A stretch of 64,000 bases of DNA from a candidate division TA06 bacterium (GTDB lineage: Bacteria > Hydrothermota > DG-26 > E44-bin18). The stretch is taken from assembly GCA_004376575.1 (NCBI GenBank), contig SOJN01000148.1, positions 2-64,001 on the forward strand, given 5' to 3'. Of the stretch, positions 20,245 to 28,615 are shown piece by piece (the first letter of the stretch is position 1; each line of letters opens with the position of its first letter). The position numbers were made by a program, and so were the translations under genes. The notes under the pieces are model-generated. The model worked only from the letters and a program-made list of their open reading frames with translations, was not told where the DNA came from and did no database searches.

Positions 20245-20301
20245 CTAACAGCCAATACTCCCGGGGCGTGACAACACCAGAATCTCTATTCTCGCATGCA
20301 T
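20245..20301 (-). CDS. Leader peptide uORF MHARIEILVLSRPGSIGC
   Basis: AAAGGAGG 8 nt before ATG 20301; TAG at 20247-20245; lies between promoter and leader terminators. Confidence 0.6.
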   Translation of the reverse strand: MHARIEILVLSRPGSIGC

Positions 20302-20354
20302 AAGTCACGCCTCCTTTCCAAACGGACCAACAGAACAACTACCGAAACGCCAAA

Positions 20355-20382
20355 AATATACACCCTCTCCTCAAAATGTCAA
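20355..20382 (-). promoter_or_regulatory. sigma70 promoter of the leader-methyltransferase-rsgA operon
   Basis: Minus strand TTGACA-16 nt-TATATT. Confidence 0.65.
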
Positions 20383-20410
20383 GCGGAAACTCCTGGACTC
20401 GGGGGACAGC

Positions 20411-20450
20411 CCCCGTGTATCTCGCTTTGCGAGAGACGGGGCAGGCATGG
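20411..20450 (+). repeat. Palindromic repeat family B, copy 1
   Basis: ccccgtgtatctcgctttgcgagagacggggcaggcatgg; other copies at 21610-21645 and 30169-30208 (reverse complement). Confidence 0.85.
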
Positions 20451-20637
20451 ATTTTTTGGACTTTTGACCATCTGTCTCATCGGGCCGGGGCGGGGTGTGG
20501 ATTTTCGATCTTCTATTTCCATCCGTCCTGGTTCTTAGCGGTTACCGCGAAAATGTAAAAGTGTCACGCCTGGCACCCGGGTTTGATGGGAAGTAAGGGG
20601 CGTATTGGGCGATAAGCTAAAAACTTGCAGTTTTCTC

Positions 20638-20666
20638 TTGACAGACTTCGCGAAGTAGCCTATATT
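20638..20666 (+). promoter_or_regulatory. sigma70 promoter of HTH-GNAT/bzd operon with palindromic spacer
   Basis: TTGACA(20638)-17 nt-TATATT(20661); perfect palindrome ACTTCGCGAAGT at 20645-20656. Confidence 0.78.
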
Positions 20667-20717
20667 TTGTATGAGAGTTTATGGTTACCGATATTGGTTA
20701 CCGGGAAGCCCAAGACC

Positions 20718-20823
20718 CTGAAACCACGAGATTACACGAGATTAACACAGAGAAACCTTTATCCTAGGAACAAAACCAGAATATGAGAAATCTTGTAGTA
20801 ATCTGTGAAATCTGTGGTTTCAG
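20718..20823. repeat. Long imperfect hairpin element built of short subrepeats
   Basis: ctgaaaccac...gtggtttcag terminal inverted repeat; cacgagatta subrepeats pair with aatctgtg subrepeats. Confidence 0.75.
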
Positions 20824-20837
20824 ATTGTGGGGTTGAG

Positions 20838-21506
20838 ATGACTGAAAACGACGTAGAGGCCAAGATATTTGGGGTTCTGCAGAAGTCTGCTGAGGGGTTG
20901 CAGAGTGAGGAGATCGCCGCCAATCTGGGTCTCACCCGCCACACTGTTGCCAAATACCTTGAGGTCCTCAGAGCCAAGAACAAAATCCACTACAGAAAGG
21001 TGGGCAGAACGAAGCTCTGGAAGACCCTCTTCGCAGACATCCACATCCGCTCGCTTGAAAAAGGCGACGTAGACACGATACTTGAAATAATGTCGAACAT
21101 CGGTCGTCCGACAGCAGGAGAAGAAGAAGAATCTCTATCATACTTAAGAGAGACGGTGGAGCGTCACATAGAGAGAAATGAACCCTTGATGAACCTTGGC
21201 GCAGAGCTTGACAAGAGACTGGTCGGCTTCGTCATGGGTGAGATAAGGGCGTGGGAATTCGGCCAAAGGGAGAAGACGGGCTGGATAAAGGTTCTTGGTG
21301 TTGATCCAGACTATCAGGGAATGGGAGCCGGGAGGAAGCTTGGAGAGGCACTCCTTTCCAACTTCAAAGCGAGCGGAGTAGCCAGGGTCAGGACGCTGGT
21401 TAACTGGTACGAAGGTGACCTTCTCTCCTACTTCAGGACTCTCGGTTTCAACACGCTGAACATCATACCGCTTGAAACAAAGGTCACCACGAGGGATCGA
21501 ATATGA
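20838..21506 (+). CDS. Winged-HTH / GNAT fusion protein, putative regulator
   Basis: EEIAANLGLTRHTVAKYLEVL HTH with RKVGRTKLW wing; GNAT motif A LGVDPDYQGMGAGRKL, YFRTLGF. Confidence 0.85.
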   Translation: MTENDVEAKIFGVLQKSAEGLQSEEIAANLGLTRHTVAKYLEVLRAKNKIHYRKVGRTKLWKTLFADIHIRSLEKGDVDTILEIMSNIGRPTAGEEEESLSYLRETVERHIERNEPLMNLGAELDKRLVGFVMGEIRAWEFGQREKTGWIKVLGVDPDYQGMGAGRKLGEALLSNFKASGVARVRTLVNWYEGDLLSYFRTLGFNTLNIIPLETKVTTRDRI

Positions 21507-21510
21507 AGCA

Positions 21511-21660
21511 GATTCTTCGGCCTTCGACAAACTCCCCTCGATGCTCTCCCCTCGACTTCTCTCGGGAGACCGTGAAACGGCCGCTCGTAAAACGAGCCGG
21601 GCGGGCAGGCCCCGTGTATCTTGCTTCGCGAGAAACGGGGCAGGCAGGCCTCAGAATGAC
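21511..21660 (+). repeat. Nested composite of palindromic repeats (outer gattcttcg...ctcagaatgac, families A and B inside)
   Basis: Three tandem ccYtcgaY-n-ctc heads, family A 21561-21610, family B 21610-21645, outer arm matches reverse complement of 63915-63971. Confidence 0.85.
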
Positions 21661-21694
21661 ACGGATGAAGTAGGACAGAACCTCTGACAGGAGA

Positions 21695-22825
21695 ATGAAG
21701 ATGAAGGAGATGTTCAAGGAGTTTTACGAAGCCAGGCATGAGTACGCCAAGGAATGGAAGAAGAAGAACCGCGGCAAAGTAATGGGTTATTTCTGTACAT
21801 ACGTGCCAGAGGAGATGCTTTACGCCGCGGGAGTTCTTCCGGTCCGAATTCTGGGAAGCCATGAACCCCAGGACCTGACCGAACCTCACATCTTTGGGAT
21901 GTTCTGCCCGTTTTGCAGAGACTGTCTGGCTCAGGGTTTGAAGGGAAGGTTCGACTACCTGGATGGTATAATGATAGCTCAGTCCTGCCTGCACGTGAGG
22001 CAGGCCTACACTTCGTGGGACCTTCACATACCTACAGAGTACTCATACTATCTCTCCACACCTCATCACGTTCAGTCTCCTCGGGCTATCCCCTACCTGG
22101 CAGGTGAACTGGAGGATTTCAAAAAGTCACTCGAAGGGTGGCTGGGCAAGAAGATAACTGATGCGAACCTTGACAAAGGTATCCAAATCATGAACACAAA
22201 CAGATCGCTCCTGCGAGAACTATACGAGCTCAGAAAACAGGAAGCGCCGCCTCTCACAGGGCTCGATGCGATGTATGCTGTTGTTTCAGGCCAGATGATA
22301 GACAAGGTTGAACACAACCGCATACTTGAGGACACATTGAAGAGTCTAAAGAACAAACAGCCTGAAAGGCCAACAGGAAGCAGACTGATGCTAATAGGCA
22401 GCGAAGATGACGATACAGGCTTTATAGAGATGGTGGAATCCCTGGGAGCCACTTTTGTAATAGATGACCACTGCACTGGTTCGCGCTATATCTGGGAAGA
22501 CGTAAAACCTAACGGAGACAGATTGACTGCAATAGCAGAAAGATACGTCAAACGAGTACCATGCCCCACAAAAGATTGGCCGCTGAGAAACCGCCTTCCT
22601 CACATTCTCAAACTTGCAAAGGAGTACAAGGTGGAAGGTGCAGTCATCGCTCAACAGAAGTTCTGTGACCCGCACGAACTGGACATACCCGCAATCAAAA
22701 AGCTGCTCGAAGAGAATAGCATACCCACCTTATTCCTTGAGTTGGATGTGACTGTTCCCATTGGACAGTTCAAAGTCCGGGTTGAAGCATTCCTGGAGAT
22801 GCTGAGCGAAGAAGATCTATTCTGA
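21695..22825 (+). CDS. bzdN: Benzoyl-CoA reductase, Bzd-type, subunit N
   Basis: [50 protein letters not shown]; gene order N-O-P-Q-ferredoxin. Confidence 0.9.
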   Translation: MKMKEMFKEFYEARHEYAKEWKKKNRGKVMGYFCTYVPEEMLYAAGVLPVRILGSHEPQDLTEPHIFGMFCPFCRDCLAQGLKGRFDYLDGIMIAQSCLHVRQAYTSWDLHIPTEYSYYLSTPHHVQSPRAIPYLAGELEDFKKSLEGWLGKKITDANLDKGIQIMNTNRSLLRELYELRKQEAPPLTGLDAMYAVVSGQMIDKVEHNRILEDTLKSLKNKQPERPTGSRLMLIGSEDDDTGFIEMVESLGATFVIDDHCTGSRYIWEDVKPNGDRLTAIAERYVKRVPCPTKDWPLRNRLPHILKLAKEYKVEGAVIAQQKFCDPHELDIPAIKKLLEENSIPTLFLELDVTVPIGQFKVRVEAFLEMLSEEDLF

Positions 22826-22835
22826 GGAGGATAAG

Positions 22836-24143
22836 ATGGCGAAGTATGAAACTGAACGGCTGAAGTGCTGGAACAAGGCGAAAGAGTTGAGAAAGAATTT
22901 CTACGAAGATTACGCGAAAGCCCATGAAAAGGGTGGCATAAGATGGGCTGGAGGTGCGTGGTCCATAGGTTCGATTCCGGCCGGACTGGGAAGAGACGTC
23001 TACCCGATCACTTCTGAGCCGTACGCTGCCAGCATTGCATTTGACAGACCCTTCTCAGAAGAATGCCTCGCGGCGATCGAAAAAGAAGGGTATGCCAGGG
23101 ACCTGTGTTCATACATGCGCAACTACTGGGGAAGTGTTTTGTTGAACAAGTACGCCTTTGGCGGAGAGTTTCCCACTCCTGACTTCATCTGGCAGGATCA
23201 TATATGCTGCAGCCACGCAAAATGGTACCAGGTGGTGAAGGACATAGAAGAAAAGGACATACCCTACTTCTGCCTTGATGTGGCTGTTGGTCCTTACAGC
23301 GAGTTGAATGAGAACAAATTGAACTATGTCGTGGGCCAACTGCACGACGCCATCGAATGGATGGAGAAGCTGACAGGCCGGAACTACCAAGACGAACTGC
23401 TCATAGAGGCGGTCAATGATGAGTGCAGATCAACATCTGTCTGGGCTGAGGTGTGCGCGCTGAACAAGGCAATACCAGCACCTCTCGATGAGAAATCCAT
23501 GTATTCGCTTTATGTCCTGGGCACTCTCAAAAAGCACTCCAAGGATATTGCAGACTTCTACGAGGAGTTGAGAGATGAGGTGAAGGACAGAGTTGACCGG
23601 GGTATTGCCGCTGTTGGAAATGAACGGTGCCGGGTGATGACTGACACTCAGCCTCCCTGGGGATTCTTGAAGATATTTAGATATATGGAAAAGTTCGGTT
23701 GCATCTCTGTCGGTTCTCTCTACACCTTTGGCCTCATCGGAATGTGGGAAGACAAACCTGACGGGACGTGGGGGCCCAAGACGACCCCGCAGCAAAAGGG
23801 GATTGAAATCAAGGACAGGGATGAGGCCTTGAGAATCATTGCTGAGTGGAATCTGTCTAAGCCAGAGTGGCAGCACTTCTATCATCCAAAGCACAAGACC
23901 GACATGATGGTGAGAATCGCCAAAGAGTGGAAGCTGGACGGGGTGATGCTTCACTACAACAGGGGATGCGAGGGATTGAGCATTGGGATAGCAGAGAACA
24001 GACTTGGCATACAGGAAGCTGGATTCCCTGTCATGACCTTCGAAGGAAACATGGGAGATGAAAGAGAGTTCGATGAGGCGAAAACCGTGGGTAGAATCGA
24101 CACATTCATGGAAAGTCTCGGATTCAGCAAGGATGAAGAGTAG
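22836..24143 (+). CDS. bzdO: Benzoyl-CoA reductase, Bzd-type, subunit O
   Basis: [51 protein letters not shown]. Confidence 0.92.
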   Translation: MAKYETERLKCWNKAKELRKNFYEDYAKAHEKGGIRWAGGAWSIGSIPAGLGRDVYPITSEPYAASIAFDRPFSEECLAAIEKEGYARDLCSYMRNYWGSVLLNKYAFGGEFPTPDFIWQDHICCSHAKWYQVVKDIEEKDIPYFCLDVAVGPYSELNENKLNYVVGQLHDAIEWMEKLTGRNYQDELLIEAVNDECRSTSVWAEVCALNKAIPAPLDEKSMYSLYVLGTLKKHSKDIADFYEELRDEVKDRVDRGIAAVGNERCRVMTDTQPPWGFLKIFRYMEKFGCISVGSLYTFGLIGMWEDKPDGTWGPKTTPQQKGIEIKDRDEALRIIAEWNLSKPEWQHFYHPKHKTDMMVRIAKEWKLDGVMLHYNRGCEGLSIGIAENRLGIQEAGFPVMTFEGNMGDEREFDEAKTVGRIDTFMESLGFSKDEE

Positions 24144-24149
24144 GGGGAT

Positions 24150-24929
24150 ATGATGGTGACAGCAGGAATAGACGTAGGCGCGAAGAGCGTGAAAGTGGTA
24201 TTACTTGAGAGTGGCAAGGTGACGTCCAGGAGTCTCAAAACAATTGGCCTCAACACTGAGGCGGCCATTAACGAAGCCTTTGAAAGCGCCCTCTCCAACA
24301 ACGGAATCAAACGTGAAGAGATCTCAAAGATCATAGCCACAGGCGCGGGCAGAAAAGAGGTGAAGTTTGCCGACGGAGAATTGACAGAAGTCGGTGCCTC
24401 GGCAAAAGGTGCCCACCATCTCCTCGACTCGGCCCGCACTGTGATAGACATTGGAGCTGAGGAAGGTCGGGCCATAAAGGTAAACGAAAAAGGTAAGGTG
24501 GCTGACTTCGCCATAAACGAGAAATGTGCCGCGGGCGCAGGCGCCTTCACTGAAGCGATGTCAAGAGCTCTGGAGGTTGACCTGGAAGACTTCGGAAAGC
24601 TCTCGCTGAAGTCCCAGAAGGCCATTCCCATGAACGCACAGTGTGCTGTGTTTGCAGAAAGCGAAGTCGTTTCTCTTATCCACGCCAAGACCCGCAAAGA
24701 GGACATAGCCCGGGCAGTCCACGATGCGATAGCAGACAGGATAGTTTCTATGGCAAGACGTGTCGGTATCGCAAAGGACGTTATCGTGGTAGGAGGAGTT
24801 GCAAGAAACATTGGTTTCATAGATTCACTGAAACGCACTCTCGAGACTGACGTGGTTGTGCCAGAATACCCTGAGTACGCAGCAGCACTTGGAACCGCCC
24901 TACATGCGGCAGAAACCGGAGGTCAATAA
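24150..24929 (+). CDS. bzdP: Benzoyl-CoA reductase ATPase subunit P
   Basis: AGIDVGAK, TGAGR, DIGAEEGR, NEKCAAGAG, NAQCAVFAESE. Confidence 0.88.
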   Translation: MMVTAGIDVGAKSVKVVLLESGKVTSRSLKTIGLNTEAAINEAFESALSNNGIKREEISKIIATGAGRKEVKFADGELTEVGASAKGAHHLLDSARTVIDIGAEEGRAIKVNEKGKVADFAINEKCAAGAGAFTEAMSRALEVDLEDFGKLSLKSQKAIPMNAQCAVFAESEVVSLIHAKTRKEDIARAVHDAIADRIVSMARRVGIAKDVIVVGGVARNIGFIDSLKRTLETDVVVPEYPEYAAALGTALHAAETGGQ

Positions 24930-25810
24930 TGTCGCAGGATTTCTGGAGATGGACTGAATACAGAAAGACTATGCCTGATGTTGACTGGAAGAAGGCTCAA
25001 ATCCTGACGGCAGGTGTCGATGTGGGATCGGTTAGCTCTCAGGCGGTCGTCATGGCGGACGGGAAGCTCTTCGCGTACAGCAACATGAGGACAGGTTCAG
25101 ACAGTCCGGAGTCTGCTCAAAAAGCGATGGACTGGGCCCTTGAAGAGACAGGACTCACCCTGGATAAAATTCAGTTCACTGTGGGTACAGGATACGGCAG
25201 GGTGAACGTCCCCTTCGCCAATAGGGCGATTACTGAGATTGCATGCCACGCAAGGGGAGCAAACTATTTGTACGGCTCTTCAGTCCGGACTGTTCTCGAC
25301 ATGGGCGGTCAGGACTGCAAGGCGATTCGCTGCGATGAGAGAGGCAAGGTGACAAACTTTCTCATGAACGACAAGTGTGCCGCGGGAACCGGCCGCGGCA
25401 TGGAAGTTTTTGCTGAGCTCCTGCAGGTACCCATAACCGAGATCGGTCAGATGTCTCTGGACATAGACGAAGAACCAGAGCCGGTATCATCGACATGCGT
25501 CGTATTTGCTAAATCTGAGGCGACGGGTCTGCTGAGGGAAGGATGGCCCAAGAACAAGGTGATAGCAGCTTACTGTTCAGCAATGGCTCACCGGATTGTC
25601 ACGCTCCTGGAGAGAATCGGGATTGAAAAGGATTTCGCCATTACCGGTGGCATCGCAAAAAATCCAGGTGTGGTGACACGGTTAAACAAGGAACTGGGCA
25701 TCGAACCACTCAAGACCGAATATGACACGCAAACCGCAGGGGCCATCGGCGGCGCCCTTTTTGGATACGCACTGGTGAAGAAAGGCAAAGCAAAGGCAGG
25801 TGCGAGTTGA
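24929..25810 (+). CDS. bzdQ: Benzoyl-CoA reductase ATPase subunit Q
   Basis: FWRW N-terminus, GVDVGSVSSQ, GTGYGRVNVPFA, DMGGQDCK, MNDKCAAGTG. Confidence 0.92.
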   Translation: MSQDFWRWTEYRKTMPDVDWKKAQILTAGVDVGSVSSQAVVMADGKLFAYSNMRTGSDSPESAQKAMDWALEETGLTLDKIQFTVGTGYGRVNVPFANRAITEIACHARGANYLYGSSVRTVLDMGGQDCKAIRCDERGKVTNFLMNDKCAAGTGRGMEVFAELLQVPITEIGQMSLDIDEEPEPVSSTCVVFAKSEATGLLREGWPKNKVIAAYCSAMAHRIVTLLERIGIEKDFAITGGIAKNPGVVTRLNKELGIEPLKTEYDTQTAGAIGGALFGYALVKKGKAKAGAS

Positions 25811-26094
25811 TAGCAAACTACGGGTACATGGACGGCAGCGGCCAGTACTTCATAAAGATAGACTCAGACAAGTGCGATGGATGTGGAGACTGTGTGACCG
25901 CGTGCCCGGCTGGGGTCCTTGAGGTGGGTGAAGATGAGAACGACCCATTCCGTGAGGAGCCTGTGGTCAAAGTCACTGAGGATCAACGAAAGAAGATCAA
26001 ATACTCATGCGGGCCCTGTAAGCCTGTTGCCAACAGACCTCCTCTCCCCTGTATGGCAGCCTGCAAGCCCGGAGCGATCGAACACTCCTGGTAA
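25807..26094 (+). CDS. bzdM: BCR-associated 4Fe-4S ferredoxin (BzdM-like)
   Basis: ANYGYMDGSG..IDSDKCDGCGDCVTACP; CGPCKP..PCMAAC..AIEHSW; TTG start. Confidence 0.85.
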   Translation: MIANYGYMDGSGQYFIKIDSDKCDGCGDCVTACPAGVLEVGEDENDPFREEPVVKVTEDQRKKIKYSCGPCKPVANRPPLPCMAACKPGAIEHSW

Positions 26095-26109
26095 GAGGGG
26101 ACTCCAAAG

Positions 26110-28605
26110 TTGAAACTGGTCATAGACGGTCAGACCGTAGAGGCTAGACCGGAAAGCACAATTCTTGAAGCAGCTCTAGAGACACAGATATATATCCCTG
26201 CCATCTGTTACCATCCGGATTTGCCGACATTCTCAAAGGCTGAACCCTCGGGGGGGATATTTGGGGGAGTTGAGAAAATCACTTCAGAAGAAAATGCAAA
26301 ATACCAAGGGTGCGGTCTTTGCATTGTTGAGGTGGATTGGAGAAGTGGTCCAGTCCTTTCATGTGAAACAGAAGCAGAAGACGGTATGGTCATCAAAACA
26401 AATACAGAGAAGATCAAGGACAAGAGACAGGAAGCTCTGGCCAGGATACTCAAAGACCACCCAAGAGCCTGTCTCCTCTGCACTCAAAAAGAAGGTTGTT
26501 CCAGGGAACCCTGTTCAGAGGACGTCCCTATGGAAGAGAGGTGCTGTCCATTACTGGGCAAGTGTGAGCTCGAGAAGATCGCAGACTTCGTCGGAGTCCC
26601 CCAGAACCCGGGCAAGTATAAGTCTCTGAGAATCCCGTTGCTGGACGACGAGCCGTTGTTCAAGCGAGATTACAACCTCTGCATTGGCTGCATGAGGTGT
26701 GTCCGCGCATGCAAGGACCTGAGAGGCGTTGAAGCGCTTGGATATGTAATCAAAAACGGCACCACATACCTGGGCACCATCAATGGATCGAAGCTCAAGG
26801 ACGCCGGGTGCAGGTTCTGCGGAGCCTGCGTTGAAGTGTGTCCCACAGGTGCACTGACCGACATCAAGCCTTTCACCCTTTCCGAGAAAGAGAAAGTTCT
26901 TGTCCCCTGCAGGGACGCTTGTCCGGCAGGAATAGACGTACCGGCGTATGTCCGGGCAATAGGCAGAGGCGAAACGGACAGAGCCCTCTCGATTATTTAC
27001 GAAAGCGCTCCTCTTCCAGGAATTCTGGGCATGGTTTGCCACCATCCATGCGAAGATGTCTGCAGGAGGAAAGAGATAGAAGAACCCATCTCCATATGCG
27101 GCATCAAACGATTTGCTGCAGAAAATGGAAAGCTGACGCACGCCTCTCCCCTGCTTCCCTCTACCGGCAAAAAGGTCGCGGTGATAGGTTCTGGTCCAGC
27201 AGGGCTCAGTACTGCCCATTTCCTGAAGCTGAAAGGCCATCAAGTTACTGTTTTCGAAAGAGAAGAGAAACCAGGAGGAATCCTAAGATACGGCATTCCC
27301 GCGTACAGGCTGCCTGATGCAGTCCTGGACAGCGAGATATCAACTGTGCTGGACGGAATTGAATTGAAGACTGAAGCTGCTCTTGGTCAAGATTTCCAGC
27401 TGAAGGACCTGGCAGACGAGGGATTTGACTGCGTGTTTCTCTGCACCGGAGCCGGAGAGAGTAAGAAACTTGAGATACCGGGCTCAGACAGTGAAGGTGT
27501 ATATTGGGGCCTTGACTTCTTGAAGGAGATTAACAAGGGTGACAAACCAGCTCTCGGCGAGAACGTCGCGGTCATAGGCGGAGGAAATGTCGCCTTTGAC
27601 GTTGCGCTGTGCTGCCTCAGGCTGGGAGTTCGACAGGTGACCGTCGTCTGCCTGGAGTGTAAATCTGAGATGCCCGCTTTCAATAAAGAGATAGATACTG
27701 CCAAAGAGGAAGCGGTCAGAATAATGAACTCCTGGGGACCAAAAGAGATAGAGTGCGCGGATGGCAAAGTCAAAGGAGTCTTCCTGAAGAAATGCACAGA
27801 GGTGTTCGACAAGAAAGGGAACTTCTCTCCTCAATACGACGAATCAGTCGTGGAACACATCGATGCTGACAATGTGATTCTTTCCATAGGCCAGGAGCCA
27901 GATGTGGATCTCATCTCTCTCCCTGGCATGCCAGAACACGATTCTTCAAGACTCCTTAGAGCAGAAGATACGAGAACAAACATCCCTACAGTGTTCGCTG
28001 GCGGGGATGCCACAAGAGGTCCTTCATCGGTAATTGAGGCTGTTGCAGACGGTAGGAAGGCCGCCGACGAAATCGACAGATTCCTGGGAGGCAGGGGCCC
28101 CGTTCGTACTTCCGGGCCTCAGCCCGCGAACCCTGAGATTGGTCGGGACGAACAGTTCTGTGAGCGTCTCAGAGTGGCAATGCCATGCGCTGATCCGTAC
28201 GAGAGAGGAAAATCGTTCACCCCCATAGAACTTGGATATGGTGAGAAAGAGGCAGGCATCGAAGCAAACCGTTGCCTTCAATGCGACCTGAGACTACAGA
28301 TTACTGAAGCTACTCTTCCTCCTGAGAAGTGGATACTTCTTGATCGTGAAGCTTTGAATGAAATCCCTGAAAAGGAAGGCGTGTACCAGCTGGCAGGCGA
28401 GAAGAAGATGGTGACAAAGATAGCCGGAACTCAGAATCTTCTACAATCACTCACGGCCGAACTGGACAGTGAAAATGGGAAGTACTTCTGGTTTGAGGAG
28501 GACCCGATGTACACGAAACGCGAAAGTGAGCTCATACAACAACATCTCCAGAAGTACGGTGAACTGCCAGGAGCAGGTGAAGAAGACCTGGATGACCTCT
28601 TCTAG
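26110..28605 (+). CDS. bzdV: Multi-Fe-S FAD/NAD(P)H oxidoreductase (BzdV-like; 2Fe-2S, 4Fe-4S, GltD-like domains)
   Basis: IPAICYHP, CIGCMRCVRAC, CRFCGACVEVCP, PCRDACP, GSGPAGL, GGGNVA, RCLQC. Confidence 0.8.
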   Translation: MKLVIDGQTVEARPESTILEAALETQIYIPAICYHPDLPTFSKAEPSGGIFGGVEKITSEENAKYQGCGLCIVEVDWRSGPVLSCETEAEDGMVIKTNTEKIKDKRQEALARILKDHPRACLLCTQKEGCSREPCSEDVPMEERCCPLLGKCELEKIADFVGVPQNPGKYKSLRIPLLDDEPLFKRDYNLCIGCMRCVRACKDLRGVEALGYVIKNGTTYLGTINGSKLKDAGCRFCGACVEVCPTGALTDIKPFTLSEKEKVLVPCRDACPAGIDVPAYVRAIGRGETDRALSIIYESAPLPGILGMVCHHPCEDVCRRKEIEEPISICGIKRFAAENGKLTHASPLLPSTGKKVAVIGSGPAGLSTAHFLKLKGHQVTVFEREEKPGGILRYGIPAYRLPDAVLDSEISTVLDGIELKTEAALGQDFQLKDLADEGFDCVFLCTGAGESKKLEIPGSDSEGVYWGLDFLKEINKGDKPALGENVAVIGGGNVAFDVALCCLRLGVRQVTVVCLECKSEMPAFNKEIDTAKEEAVRIMNSWGPKEIECADGKVKGVFLKKCTEVFDKKGNFSPQYDESVVEHIDADNVILSIGQEPDVDLISLPGMPEHDSSRLLRAEDTRTNIPTVFAGGDATRGPSSVIEAVADGRKAADEIDRFLGGRGPVRTSGPQPANPEIGRDEQFCERLRVAMPCADPYERGKSFTPIELGYGEKEAGIEANRCLQCDLRLQITEATLPPEKWILLDREALNEIPEKEGVYQLAGEKKMVTKIAGTQNLLQSLTAELDSENGKYFWFEEDPMYTKRESELIQQHLQKYGELPGAGEEDLDDLF

Positions 28606-28615
28606 GTGAACCGTT

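Noticed and set aside
20570..20590. sigma54 promoter at TGGCAC (also near 38415 and 51960)
   Set aside because: No TTGC at the -12 spacing.
23954..24838. Long antisense ORFs (also 31066-31869, 12619-13335, 26551-27243 and others)
   Set aside because: Shadows of well-supported genes on the opposite strand with no recognisable motifs.
21695..28605. Class II (tungsten BamB) benzoyl-CoA reductase, or Sec/Pyl recoding in the redox genes
   Set aside because: No AOR-family or HdrA-like genes; the ORFs appear full length with no in-frame stops needing read-through.
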